The notes beneath the pieces were generated by a model. That model had not been told where the DNA came from. It did not search any database and was given only the letters and a program-made list of their open reading frames with translations. The translations under genes were made by a program, and so were the position numbers. DNA of 64,000 nucleotides from an uncultured Acidobacteriota bacterium (GTDB taxonomy: Bacteria > Acidobacteriota > UBA6911 > RPQK01 > JAPXNP01), in assembly GCA_963777605.1 (NCBI GenBank), contig CAVZRV010000027.1, positions 224,001-288,000 of the forward strand. The letters run 5' to 3'. Shown here one piece after another: positions 42,847-54,535 of the stretch. Every line of letters starts with the position of its first letter. Positions within the stretch are counted from its first letter, which is position 1.

Positions 42847-43013
42847 CTTCCCCCATCTCCTCTGCCGGGTCGGCGGGAGAAAACCCGGGGAACCAGCGGC
42901 TATCCATCGCCCAGGCTCCCGCTTCCTGCCTGGATCAACGCCCGCGCTGTCGGAATGGCTCTCAACTAAACCTCTAAGACTTGGGCCGCCGTCACCCCAC
43001 CGGGCGGTCCGAT

Positions 43014-44426
43014 TCACCACCAGACGTCGTCACCGAGTGTTGGAAATGCAAGCGGTTTCAATTGTTTAGCCCACTCCTCCCACCGCTGCATCATTTCGGT
43101 GATCGGATAGGCGTCCGCTTTGGGGCGGACCTGCGATGCGGTGGGTTCATAGGGGTACCTTCCGAGCTGATTGTGCTCCCCGATATCCACGGACAGATCG
43201 TACAGTTCCATTTCCTCGGTAGAGGGATCGGTATCGACCAGCTTGTAGTCGCCGAGCCGGACCGCTCGACTCCGGTCGGCGTACTTCCGCCAGAACAGTT
43301 GGGAGTGAGGCCGTCCAGGATCCGCACCGTTCAGATACGGAATCAGATCCACCCCATCCAGGGGGCGTTCTTCGTCGAGCGGCGCGCCGGCAAGAGATGC
43401 AATCGTAGCCATGATGTCCAGGGAAATGACGGGACGATGATAGTCCACTCCGGAAGGAAGGGACCCGATCCATTGGGCAACGAATGGCACGTGAATACCG
43501 CCCTCATAGAGCGATCCCTTGTGGGCCCGCAAAGGTGTATTGACAGATCCGTTGTTGGTAGCCCCCCCGTTATCCGAAAGGTAGAAGATCAGAGTGTCCT
43601 CCTCAAGCCCGTGCTCCCGGACTTTGGCAAGCAGCCTCCCGACCCCGTCATCGACAGCCGCCAGCATCGCAGCATAAGTCTTCCGCTTGCCGCTCAAATT
43701 CGGAAACCGGTCCAGGTAGCGCGGGGGCGCCTGCATCGGTGTATGGGGTGCGTTATAGGCCAGATAGAGGAAAAACGGGTTCTTGTCGGAATGATGACGC
43801 TCAACGAACGACACCGCTTCATTGCTCAATTCATCAGTCAGGTACTCGTCGGTCTCGACGGGAGTCCGGTTGTGGAGAATCTTAGTCCGATACCAACCCC
43901 ACTGTTCAGTGACCTCGCTCAAGTCGTTCAGGGTCAGATCTTCCGGGAAGTAGTCGTGACCTCCCGACAGGAAGCCGTAGAACTCGTCGAAACCCCGATT
44001 GAGGGGATGGAACCGGGGGTGGGTACCCAGGTGCCACTTGCCGATGGCCATGCTGGTGTATCCAACGCGGTGGAGCACATCTGCAATCGTCTTCTCCTCC
44101 AGCGGTAAGCCGGCCCGTTCCTCCTTCGGATCGATCGTCGGGTTGGTCGTGAAACCAAAGCGGTCCTGATAGCGCCCGGTCATGAGACCCGCCCGACTGG
44201 GAGCACATACCGCGAACGACACATACCCATTCGTAAACCGAATCCCGTTGGTGGCAATCGAGTCGAGGTGAGGCGTCAGAATATCGGGGCTCCCGTTGAA
44301 CCCAACGTCGGCGTACCCCTGGTCGTCGGTCAAGATGATAATCAGGTTGGGACCCTTGGCGCAGACGGCGGTCGTCAGGACACCAAGCGCCAGACTCACG
44401 CGGAGGAGCGTCCGTATGTTCTTCAC
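43014..44426 (-). CDS. Sulfatase (Cys/FGly type)
   Basis: PNLIIILTDDQG, CAPSRAGLMTGRY, GKWHLG, YNAPHTP, SDNG, KGSLYEGG. Confidence 0.93.
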   Translation of the reverse strand: MKNIRTLLRVSLALGVLTTAVCAKGPNLIIILTDDQGYADVGFNGSPDILTPHLDSIATNGIRFTNGYVSFAVCAPSRAGLMTGRYQDRFGFTTNPTIDPKEERAGLPLEEKTIADVLHRVGYTSMAIGKWHLGTHPRFHPLNRGFDEFYGFLSGGHDYFPEDLTLNDLSEVTEQWGWYRTKILHNRTPVETDEYLTDELSNEAVSFVERHHSDKNPFFLYLAYNAPHTPMQAPPRYLDRFPNLSGKRKTYAAMLAAVDDGVGRLLAKVREHGLEEDTLIFYLSDNGGATNNGSVNTPLRAHKGSLYEGGIHVPFVAQWIGSLPSGVDYHRPVISLDIMATIASLAGAPLDEERPLDGVDLIPYLNGADPGRPHSQLFWRKYADRSRAVRLGDYKLVDTDPSTEEMELYDLSVDIGEHNQLGRYPYEPTASQVRPKADAYPITEMMQRWEEWAKQLKPLAFPTLGDDVWW

Positions 44427-44639
44427 CGCACCATTCTCGCCAAATCGTTCCCGGGGCGCCACAGGCAATTGTCACCTCCCCGGAAAGGGACACTCACCGA
44501 GAGCTCCTCTCGGGTTCGAGAACTCCTAGCCGGTTGAACCAGGAATTCTTCAAGGGGAGTCCGTCAGGCTTCGATTTTTGGGGGAACCTCACTGTTTCCA
44601 GGGCTCCCCGTCTATTTGGACGGGAGTATACTTTGCGTC

Positions 44640-45497
44640 ATGCGAACCGCAATTAGCCTCGGACTGAGTTTGCTCGCTACGACGATTTGCTGTGCTGCCC
44701 AACCCCTGGTGATTCCACTCTATGACGGACCTCCCCCGGGGACGGAATCGTGGAATTGGCCGGAGGTCGTACAGCCATCTACTGATGGGATTCGCCGCAT
44801 CGCCAATGTGACAAAGCCCAGCCTGACGGTGTATCGACCGGAGAAGGGGAAGGCGAACGGCACCGGCCTGGTCGTGGCGCCAGGAGGTGGATTCCGGATT
44901 CTGGCAATCAACCACGAGGGCGAAGACGTCGCGGCGTGGCTGACCGCACGCGGAGTAACCGTGTTCCTTCTCAAGTACCGCCTGATGCGGACCGGAGACG
45001 CGGCCGCTGGCGAGCGGGCGGAGATGGCTCAACGCCGGGCCGAGGTGATACCGCTGGCCGTGGCCGACGGACTCCAGGCAGTAAGAGTAGCGCGGCAACA
45101 AGCACCACGATTCGGTGTCAATCCTGAACGCATCGGCATCCTGGGTTTCTCGGCAGGAGGCTGGGTGACGGTAGGCGTGGCGATCGAAGGGCGAGGAGAC
45201 AGCCGGCCCGATTTTGCCGCGCCCATCTACGCGGCGATGCCCGACGACGTCACGGCGCCACCAAACCCGATGCCGCTGTTCCTGGTGCATGCCGACGACG
45301 ACGACACGGTGAACCCGCGGCGGACGAGCATTCGCCTGTACGAATCGTGGAAGAAAGCAGGCGCTCCGGTGGAAATGCATATCTATTCCCGAGGAGCCCA
45401 CGGCTTCGGAATGCGAAAGCAGGGCCTGCCTGTGGACAGCTGGATTGAACGTCTTTGGGACTGGATGAAAGCTGAAGAGCTGGTGCCCGAGCGATAG
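44640..45497 (+). CDS. Exported alpha/beta hydrolase (acetyl/feruloyl esterase-like)
   Basis: Signal peptide, PGGGF oxyanion loop, GFSAG nucleophile, DD.V, GAHGFG. Confidence 0.85.
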   Translation: MRTAISLGLSLLATTICCAAQPLVIPLYDGPPPGTESWNWPEVVQPSTDGIRRIANVTKPSLTVYRPEKGKANGTGLVVAPGGGFRILAINHEGEDVAAWLTARGVTVFLLKYRLMRTGDAAAGERAEMAQRRAEVIPLAVADGLQAVRVARQQAPRFGVNPERIGILGFSAGGWVTVGVAIEGRGDSRPDFAAPIYAAMPDDVTAPPNPMPLFLVHADDDDTVNPRRTSIRLYESWKKAGAPVEMHIYSRGAHGFGMRKQGLPVDSWIERLWDWMKAEELVPER

Positions 45498-45574
45498 CGA
45501 GGCGCCCCGCCGTTGCCCTCCGCTGGGGGCCCGACTCTCCGGCGTGATTGGTTTCGTCCGCCGGGTTCTGCTAG

Positions 45575-46570
<996 letters not shown>

Positions 46571-46972
46571 AAATCGCTCTCGGGTTGCTGGTTGGGCAGA
46601 GGGGGTGCCGAATTCGCTTATGGACCCGACTCCGGTTCGTCTCGCCCTCCCCAACCCGGCAGCGGGCGCACGACGCCCCCGGGCAAAGCCGGCGGCGGCG
46701 GCCAAACCCCAATCCCCACTTACTAATAACGAACGTGTCGGGAAAAGTGCGAAGAGATCCCGGGAAATAGTGAGAAAGGTGTCGTTTGAAAGGGCGAAAT
46801 CGGAAGGAAAGGCACCGTTTGGAGGGAGCGCAAGCGAGAGGGCCCCAGGGGAGAAGGGGCGCAGAGGCGATCCTGGGAGAGCCGGTTTCCCCTCCGAGGT
46901 TCGGCAACGCACCCTGCGAGTTTCGGGTTATTGTTGCACGAGTCTGCTTATGACGCGATATTCACGGGCAAC

Positions 46973-46981
46973 TGCTAGAAT
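46973..46981 (+). promoter_or_regulatory. Extended -10 promoter of the putative TA operon
   Basis: TG-C-TAGAAT, 9 nt before ATG 46991. Confidence 0.5.
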
Positions 46982-46990
46982 CTCCGGAGA

Positions 46991-47176
46991 ATGGCTTCAG
47001 AGGACAAAGGGCAGGCAGTGGTTCCGTCAGAGATACTGTCTTTGCGCTCGGCCCACGGGGTGGATCGGACGTTGATTCAGTGGATGCTTTCACTCTCCCC
47101 AGCGGAGCGGCTTGCAATCCTGCAACAGGCGGTCGATTCGTTGAACAGGCTGAAAGATGGTCAGTCCCAAGCTTGA
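46991..47176 (+). CDS. Small helical protein, putative antitoxin
   Basis: 61 aa containing GVDRTLIQWMLSLSPAERL. Overlaps the downstream nucleotidyltransferase by 20 nt. Confidence 0.65.
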   Translation: MASEDKGQAVVPSEILSLRSAHGVDRTLIQWMLSLSPAERLAILQQAVDSLNRLKDGQSQA

Positions 47177-47645
47177 TTTCCGCGAGCTTTTGCGCGTTCT
47201 CGTTCGGTTCGATGTTGAGTTCATCGTGGTTGGAGGTGTGGGCGCCGTGCTTCGCGGAGCCCCTGTTGCCACCTTTGATCTTGACATTGTGCACAGTCGA
47301 ACCTCGGAGAACGTGACTCGACTGAAGGCTGCACTGGCTTTTCTCAATGCTCACTATCGGGGGCAGGGGGATCGACACCTGCAGCCGCAGGACTCCCACC
47401 TCCTCTCGGAGGGGCATCAACTCTTGATGACTGATCTGGGACCTCTTGACGTCCTGGGCAGCGTCGGTAGAAAGCGGGATTACGATTCCTTGTTGCCGTA
47501 TGCAGGAGAAATGGAGGTTGGCGACGTCAAGTTTCGAGTTTTGAGTCTGCCGGCACTGATCGAGGTCAAGGAAGAGGTTGACCAGCCGAAAGACCGAGCG
47601 GTTCTGGAGACATTACGGGCAACGCTTGAGGAGATCGGGGAGTGA
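47157..47645 (+). CDS. Pol-beta superfamily nucleotidyltransferase, putative toxin
   Basis: VEFIVVGGVGAVLRG...TFDLDI, LDVL, LIEVK...KD. Confidence 0.8.
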   Translation: MVSPKLDFRELLRVLVRFDVEFIVVGGVGAVLRGAPVATFDLDIVHSRTSENVTRLKAALAFLNAHYRGQGDRHLQPQDSHLLSEGHQLLMTDLGPLDVLGSVGRKRDYDSLLPYAGEMEVGDVKFRVLSLPALIEVKEEVDQPKDRAVLETLRATLEEIGE

Positions 47646-47652
47646 CGCCTGC

Positions 47653-50393
47653 ATGGAGCGAACGATTGATCAGACGAGTTTTGGCGTCCGTTCCGGGGTT
47701 GCGCGTTCCGCAAACTGGGCAACCCTGATTATTCACGTTTCTCCGATCGCCGGCCAAGGGCAATGCGGCAGAATCGAAGGACTACCAGCAATACCAGGGG
47801 ATCCATCTGAAGCAATTGCGGGTTCCCATCGGGGGCATCGGAACCGGCGACATCCTGATGGGTGGGCGCGGAGATATTCAGCACATCGAGGTGTTCAACC
47901 GGCCGGACCGGGTTCGAAGGCCCATCAAGTCTTTCTTTTCGATCTGGGCCCGGGAAGGAACCTCAACTCCGGTCGCCAAAGTGCTGGAGCGGGAACTGAT
48001 ACCTCCCTTCACCCAAACCACCCACGCCTACGCCTGGGGACTCCCGCGATTCAGGAACGTGACGTTCGCCAATCATTTTCCCATTCCCTCATGGACCTTT
48101 CAGGATGAGGACCTTCGTGACCTGGACATTCAGCTGGAGGCATTCAATCCGTATATCCCGCTGGATCTGGATTCAAGCTCTTACCCGATTGCCGCTTTTT
48201 ACTGGGAGATTGAGAGTCGCTCCGATAAGCCGATTTCCCTGTCAATCGCTCTGAACCTGGAGAATCCAATCAAAGCCGAGCAGATTGTCACTGAGAGCTA
48301 CGAAAATGGTTCGGTCAAAGGCTTGCGATTCGCCGCTCTCGGAGGCATGAAAACAGACTATGACGGCGGAATGATCATCGCGACGACAGCCGCGAAGGCG
48401 ACGGTTCAAACCCACTGGTATCCAGGTCGGTGGCGGGACGACTCCCAGATCTTCTGGGACGACTTCAGTGATGACGGTAACATCCCCGAGGTTTCCGAAC
48501 GGTGGCTGACGACCTACAAGCCGATGGAATATGACCAGGTCTCGGGTCGAAACTGCTCGATCCTGGTCTCGCTGCAGCTGGAACCGGGGGAGAAAGCCAG
48601 AATTCCCTTCTACATCAGCTGGTACTTCCCCAAGCGGGTATTCACGACAGGCGAGACCTTTGGAATCCGGGAGGCGGCCGGCAGGACATTCGAAAACTAC
48701 TACGCCAACAACTTCTCGAGCGAGCAGGATGTCCTGGCTAACTTCCTGAGCCACGAAGATGGGCTGTTCGAGAAGACCCTGAAGTTCACCGACATCCTGC
48801 AGTCCTCGTCAGTACCCGGGTTCGTCAAGGAATCCCTGACGACTCAGGCGGCCACACTCAAGTCGCCGCTCATCCAGGTCACGCGGGACGGCGACGCACA
48901 CGGCTTTGAAGGAGTCGGCAATTCAGGCTGGTGCTGCCCTGGGACCTGTACCCACGTCTGGAACTACGAGCAAACCCTGGCTTCCCTCTTCCCTTCCCTG
49001 GAGCGAAGCATGCGCGAAGTCGAGTTTCGACACGACACCTTCGACAACGGTTTCCAGGCCCACCGGGCGGTGTTTCCACTGGGGGATTACTGGTTCGACG
49101 AACCCCCGGCCGCCGACGGTCAGATGGGAAGCATCGTCCGGGCCTTTCGCGAGTGGAAATTTTCGGGAGACACGGACTGGCTCCGCTCCATCTGGCCCAA
49201 GGTGAAGAAGGCAATCCAGTTCGCCTGGCATGGGCCGGGCCGGGTGGCGGATGAGCGGTTTCGATACCAGGAGCGGCAGAAGGCCTGGGATCCCGATCGA
49301 ACCGGCCTGCTGACCGGACGGCAGAACAACACTTACGACATCAGCTTCTTCGGGCCCAACTCGATGACCGGTTCGCTCTATCTGGCGGCTTTGAAAGCCT
49401 GCAGCGAAATGGCCAGTGCGATGGGTGAACCAGACTCCGCCAGGGAGTTTGATGTCGTCTATCAGCAAGGGGTGAAGGCCTTTGAAGAGCGGCTCTGGAA
49501 CGGTGACTACTTCATTCAGATCATCACCAGAGATCCTGACGCCGGCAGGGAAGACGACTACGAACTGGCTCCACCGCGCCGCCGATGGTTCAGCTATTCC
49601 CAAATACCAGTACGGCGACGGCTGCCTGGCCGACCAGTTGCTGGGGCAGTACCTTGCCTTTGTCTCCGGGCTCGGGTACCTCCTGGATCGATCCAAGGTG
49701 GACCACGCCATTGGAGAGATCTACCGGAACAACTTCATCACTGAGATGCGCACCCTTCCGAACGTTCAGCGGGTCTATGCCCTCAACGACGAGGCGGGGC
49801 TGGTTCTCTGTTCATGGCCCAGAGGAGACCGTCCCCTGCTCCCATTCGTCTATTCGGATGAAGTGTGGTCCGGGGTGGAATACCAGGTTGCCGCCTCCCT
49901 GATCTATTCCGGCCACGTCGACGAGGGCCTCGCGGTGGTGAAGGCGGTCCAGGATCGCTATGACGGCTACCGGCGCAACCCGTTCGAACAGGAAGAGTCG
50001 GGCGTCCATTACGCCAGGGCCATGTCGAGCTGGGCTGTCCTTCTCGCTCTGTCCGGGTTCCAATACGACGGTGTGAACCGGTTCATGAGCTTTGAGCCGA
50101 AATTGAACCGGGATAATTTCTTCGCCTTCTGGTCAACCGGGACGGCCTGGGGAAGCGTCGAGCTTGGGGAACGCGAAGCTCGCCTGAAGGTCGACTTCGG
50201 CAGGCTGGAGTTGACCCGACTGTCCGTCGGTCAACCGGTCAATCTTCCACCGAGCCGAAGCGGGGTCACCGCATCCGGAAACGAACTCACATTCGATCCG
50301 CCCCTTGTCCTCGGCGAGGGTGAAAGCCTGAGCCTGACCTCTCAAGGGAATTCGAATGACATCGGAGAGATCCTTTTCGGCAAACGACCTTGA
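47653..50393 (+). CDS. GH116 glycoside hydrolase (frameshifts near 47730 and 49575)
   Basis: PIGGIGTG, GFEG....CCPGTCTHVWNY, AADGQMG, NTYDI.F.GPN, DQLLGQ, YSDEVWSGVEY, RRNPF.Q.ESG.HYARAMSSW. Confidence 0.9.
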
Positions 50394-50565
50394 AATGGAC
50401 TTTTCAGGCAGGTCTGGACTTGGTTCGAGCGGCAGCCTCTTCAAGGAAGACCGGACGAACTTACCAGGGTCCGGCAACCGGACTCCCCGAGCCGATACGA
50501 GAAGGTCGAGTCAAGAATCCGATCAGAGACTTGGCTCGATTCAAAGCTCTTCGCCCGCGGCCCGG

Positions 50566-51687
50566 TTATTGACCTTGCCACCAGCGGCCGGCCTCTTTCG
50601 TCGATCGCTTGCCTGCCGTGATTTGAACATTCGTTCGGCCTCTCACCTCGGAAAACCACCTCGGATCGCTCACTCGATCCCTGACGCTCCCGGCTCAAAG
50701 GCAATCAGGTAGGAGTGCTCGAGGGTGGCTCGAAGGCGATCGATCTTGCCCGGCAATCGTCCTTGGCGGAAAACTCGGCGCCACCCGTACTGCGGACGAG
50801 ATCCTTGCGGGCGGACCGATCGGAGCCGAGGTCGAGAAGATTCCCCAGCTTGTCGCTGAAACCGACGCCGAAAAAACTCGCCTCGGCATCCTCCAGATGG
50901 TCGAGCGTCCCCTCTCCAAGATTTGAGAAACCCGGTCGAAATGACCAGCACAGCCCGAGTTTCAAGCGGAAGCCTTTCGCAGTCGCAGCAGCGCCTCATC
51001 GACGGCCAGACCGGTCACGCTTTTGCTCGAGGAGAAATCAATACCCAGCGCGGCCGCCGGGCCTTCACTGCCCGGGGGAACGATCGTCCGCCCGACGGCA
51101 CCGGTCCGTCCCGGCCGATCTCCGATGGTGATGTTTTCGATTGCCCGAAGGAGCTTGATGCGATCCGAGGTCAGCGGGGACAGAAAATCCACGTCTTTGT
51201 CGGTGCCGTAGAAACGCTTCATGACCTCGCTATTCGAGTCCTGGGTGATATCGGAATAGATCCCGATCAAGATCTCGTCCTCACGGTCGAGTGCGTGGAT
51301 CAGATTGAAGATCATGTCTTTGCCGGTTTCCACGTTGGCCCGGGACATTCCCGATCCCACATCGAGCAGCACAGCCAGGCTCATGGGCCGGTCCTTCAAC
51401 TCGTTGAAGTAGACGATCGGCCGCGATTTTTCATTCTCGGTAACTGAGAAATCGTCCTTGGGCAACCCGGTCACCGGGGCTCCCTGCTGGTCGGTGACCC
51501 GAACTTCGTAGAGGGCGGCCTTCACATCGACCTGAAACCGCGCTTGGCCCTGACTGTCGTCCTGGGCGCCCGGGGCCTGCATTCCCTCGGCCCACACACC
51601 CATCCCGACAAGAATCGAGAGGGCAAGGACCCCAATGGGCACCCCGCGGAGGGCAACCCGGAATCTGGGGGAATTGAGTTCAACCAT
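50566..51687 (-). CDS. Exported VWA-domain protein (VWFA-related type), several frameshifts in the 3' half; ends approximate
   Basis: F.VDV....VRVTDQQG.PVTGL.KDDF.VTEN...I.YF, LLDVGSGM MIDAS-like site. The continuation RAVLVIS..., TGG.EF, HSYLIAF lies in other frames. Confidence 0.7.
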
Positions 51688-51868
51688 AAACAACCATCTT
51701 TTGAAAACTGACTCAGAGAGCCAGACGCAAGAGGATCGCAAAACGGCAGCAAGACTGCAAACCCTCGGAATAATCATCATTACTATTCATATCCCAGGTC
51801 CGTGCCCGGTTCCAGTCAAGCGGCCCATCCCCTCCTTGGCCAGCCCCAAAGAACGGTTTCCGGTCGGT

Positions 51869-51907
51869 CCGGCCCCCGCGCTCCCCGCGGATCATTCAGA
51901 GAGTGAA
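51869..51907. repeat. Partial copy of dispersed GC-rich repeat
   Basis: ccggcccccgcgctccccgcggatcattcagagagtgaa closely matches the reverse complement of 21383-21421. Confidence 0.65.
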
Positions 51908-51926
51908 GTTGCCACGGCATGGGTTG

Positions 51927-51999
51927 AACCGCCAAGACGCGAAGATCTTCCTTTGTTTTCAACACCAACGACCCTTGGCGGCCTTCGCGACTTGGCGTT
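51927..51999. repeat. Imperfect palindromic element of the cgccaag...cttggcg type
   Basis: aaccgccaagacgcgaag ... cttggcggccttcgcgacttggcgtt. Confidence 0.55.
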
Positions 52000-52018
52000 G
52001 CAATTCGAAATCTCCAAA

Positions 52019-52136
52019 TGAAGTTTCAAGTCACCCCGGCCCCCGGCGGCGCCGGACCATTCGCAGAGTGAAACTGGGTCCGTGAACCCGGGGGCGCGGC
52101 TTCGCCTTACCCCCGGCTCTGTGTCCGTGCCATTCC
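52019..52136. repeat. Composite REP/BIME-like repeat (left copy)
   Basis: The 5' half matches the reverse complement of 53958-54011. The 3' half, ccgtgaacccgggggcgcggcttcgccttacccccggctctgtgt, matches the reverse complement of 53773-53817. tgaagtttca(a/g)gtca recurs at 52171-52185. Confidence 0.8.
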
Positions 52137-52203
52137 ACGTTTCAAATGGACCCAGGGTCCAGGCTTCAGGTGAAGTTTCAGGTCATCTGAATCCGGTCGA
52201 GGC

Positions 52204-53490
52204 TCACTGATCCCCTGGAGTCCCGGAGGGGAGGCTGGCGAACGGTTCTCCGTTTACGGTTTCCAGCGCAGTGACGCCGAGATCCGTGTCACTGTAAATC
52301 AGCAGCCTGCCTTCGAGATCGCTGCCGGATGGAAGATCGAAGAGTTCCGTGACGAAGCGCGCCGTCTGATTATGGGCAGTCAGGCTTAACGGATCGGCGG
52401 CCAGTTCGCCGCCGGCATCGGGTTTGAGGAGCAGCCTGATGTGCGCGTCTGCGTCAGTAGGATTGACGATTGCAAAAGCGGTGTTGAGTCCGTTCTGGAA
52501 GGAATTGACCCGAAGTACATGGCGGGTGTCCAGTTCACTGCTCGAGATCCCCGCTTCCGTATTCAAACGGGCCCCACTCACGGCCTCCGGGGCGGCCCCG
52601 CCGGCAGCCGGAGTGTTGGCCGAGAAGATAACCGCAGACCGAAACGTCAGATCGCTCAGGCTCGTCAACAACATCCAGCCCACCGAGGTGTTTCCCCCGA
52701 CACTTGAGATCAGAGACTGGAGACTGCCCCGGCCGGAGACTGTGAACACCTTTTCGCTGACCACCTCGCCGTCAACCTGCACTTGCAGCGGGCTCCCGTC
52801 CTGGCCGAAGAAACTCACCTGAACCTGGTTCGTCTCCCCGTTCGGGTTGTTCAGCACGAGACGGGTCACCAGTTCGAGTTCCGACAGGGCGGCGACCCCG
52901 AAATGCGGGATTACCTGACTTCGGATCAACAAGAGCTTGTTCAAAGTCACCTGCGCACCAGGAAATGTGATTCCGGCTGAAACGTTGTGGGCGCCTGCGT
53001 CCAGGGAGAAGACCCCGGGAAGGAAATTCATCGTGTAGAGTCCGGCGGGGATCTCGGGCAACGGGGAGCCTGTAGCTGTGACATTCAACCTCCCCGAGTT
53101 CACACTGAACTGAGCGGCGCGGGGCAGGTTGAAGTGCCCCTGTGTGGCACTGCTCCAGAAAAGTGGAGCACCCTTTTGGGCACTTTCGGTGTAGAGCCCG
53201 GCGATGCCCAGAAAGGACTTGATCCCTCCGTCCGTAAAGCTGTTGAACATCTCGGACGGGAATTGGATCGTCGCACTCGTCGGCGCCGGAATCGCGGCGT
53301 CCGACCTCATCGTCACCGTCAACTGCCTGCCGTCTACGGCGAACTGGGCACTGATGACGTCCTTGATTTCGGAGGCCGGCACCACCTGATTGTCAGAAAA
53401 TGACGCGATGGAGTCGGCGCTAGTGCATGACGAAAACGGGACCGCGGCCGCCAGAGCGAAAACGACCCAGGTGAGGCGACATGCCTTCAT
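52204..53490 (-). CDS. Probable lipoprotein with C-terminal copy of the unnamed ~220-aa module
   Basis: AGGAGG SD, MKACRLTWVVFALAAAVPFSSC lipobox-like signal, and IPHFG...TRLVLNNP...VSFFGQDGSPL...EAGI...ARFVTELF...FASLP. Confidence 0.85.
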   Translation of the reverse strand: MKACRLTWVVFALAAAVPFSSCTSADSIASFSDNQVVPASEIKDVISAQFAVDGRQLTVTMRSDAAIPAPTSATIQFPSEMFNSFTDGGIKSFLGIAGLYTESAQKGAPLFWSSATQGHFNLPRAAQFSVNSGRLNVTATGSPLPEIPAGLYTMNFLPGVFSLDAGAHNVSAGITFPGAQVTLNKLLLIRSQVIPHFGVAALSELELVTRLVLNNPNGETNQVQVSFFGQDGSPLQVQVDGEVVSEKVFTVSGRGSLQSLISSVGGNTSVGWMLLTSLSDLTFRSAVIFSANTPAAGGAAPEAVSGARLNTEAGISSSELDTRHVLRVNSFQNGLNTAFAIVNPTDADAHIRLLLKPDAGGELAADPLSLTAHNQTARFVTELFDLPSGSDLEGRLLIYSDTDLGVTALETVNGEPFASLPSGTPGDQ

Positions 53491-53761
53491 GATTTCCTCC
53501 TTAGGAGTTGGTGACATTTGATGCTCGGCAGGCACTATCAGAGAACGCGATCAAATGCCGCATTATCGATTTTGATAAAAGCCTAAGTGAAGGTGACAGA
53601 AATGGCAACCGTGAATTTGGTGCAAGTTTCCGATTCAGAGCGATCGAGGAAAGCCCGGGTTCTGAGTTCTGCACTGAAACTCCATCTGGATGCACTCGAG
53701 GACCTGGATGAACTGGTTTTGGAAAATCGGTTCGATGCTGGGAAAGGGGTGAGTTCGCAAG

Positions 53762-54011
53762 GATGGCGCAGCACACAGAGCCGGGGGAAAGGCAAAGCCG
53801 CGCCCCCGGGTTCACGGCCCGGCGCCGGCCCGGCTGTTCGGCAGAGAGCCGTGGACGCAGGCCCGGTGAGGGCCTGCCTCTGTGTGCTCGACGGCCGTGA
53901 AATCGGCGCCCGAATACAGAGCCTGGGGAAGGCGAAGCCGCGCTCGCCGGGCACTTCGGGCCGGTTTCACCGTCTGAATGATCCGGCGCCGCCGGGGGCG
54001 GGGCTGACCTG
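53762..54011. repeat. Composite REP/BIME-like repeat (right, longer copy)
   Basis: Three agagcc-led GC hairpins (about 53777-53810, 53845-53880 and 53918-53951), followed by the conserved end shared with 21375-21438. Confidence 0.8.
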
Positions 54012-54014
54012 TCA

Positions 54015-54535
54015 CTAGCGTTCGACTCGCCGCAGGATCAGCGGTTCCTGGGGCCGCCCACGGCCGCCGCCAAAGCCGGGACCGAAGGAGGGGTCGGTGC
54101 CGTCGGGTGGAGGGCCGACCGCGGGACGCGGGCCCGCCGGTTCACGGCTCGGAATCGCGCCGGGCAGCCTGAACGGTGGCGTCTCCCGGTTCAACTCGAT
54201 GCGATCGCCGAACACCCTTCCCGTGTACGTCGTCCTTCCCGCGCGGAAGGAAACCCGGTCGCCGAGGTCAGACCGGGCGATTTTGCCTCCACCGTAATCA
54301 TTCCGGCCGTTTTCGAAACCGAAGTCCTTCGCGGGATCGTCGGCATTGCCCAAGTGGAATCGCCATCCGAAGTCGAGGAGCAGTCGCTCCCGCAAGCGCG
54401 AGTTTTCGCCATTCGATTCTCCCTGCGGCCCGGGCTCGGCTGCGGCCTCAGCCCCTGCAGCCATACCCGGCAAACCCATCCGGGCGGCAACTGGAAGAAC
54501 CACGCTACTCTTCAGCACATCCCGACGTAACCAGC
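54015..54535 (-). pseudogene. Internally deleted remnant of a Tat-exported GH2 beta-galactosidase-like gene
   Basis: RRDVLK Tat motif and RERLLLDFGWRFHLGNADDPAKDFGF (GH2 N-terminus). Then KTAGMITVEAKSPGLTSAT in another frame (GH2 C-terminal Ig-like domain), then a Gly/Pro-rich tail. The catalytic domain and start codon are absent. Confidence 0.6.

Noticed and set aside
46571-46970. 400-bp purine-rich non-coding stretch with a GC hairpin, considered as an ncRNA or IS remnant
   Set aside because: No recognisable riboswitch, terminal repeat or transposase fragment, and no second copy in the window.
53587-54018. 143-aa plus-strand ORF
   Set aside because: The 3' half is translated repeat DNA. 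The first ~50 codons from ATG 53602 could be a small protein, but nothing independent supports it.
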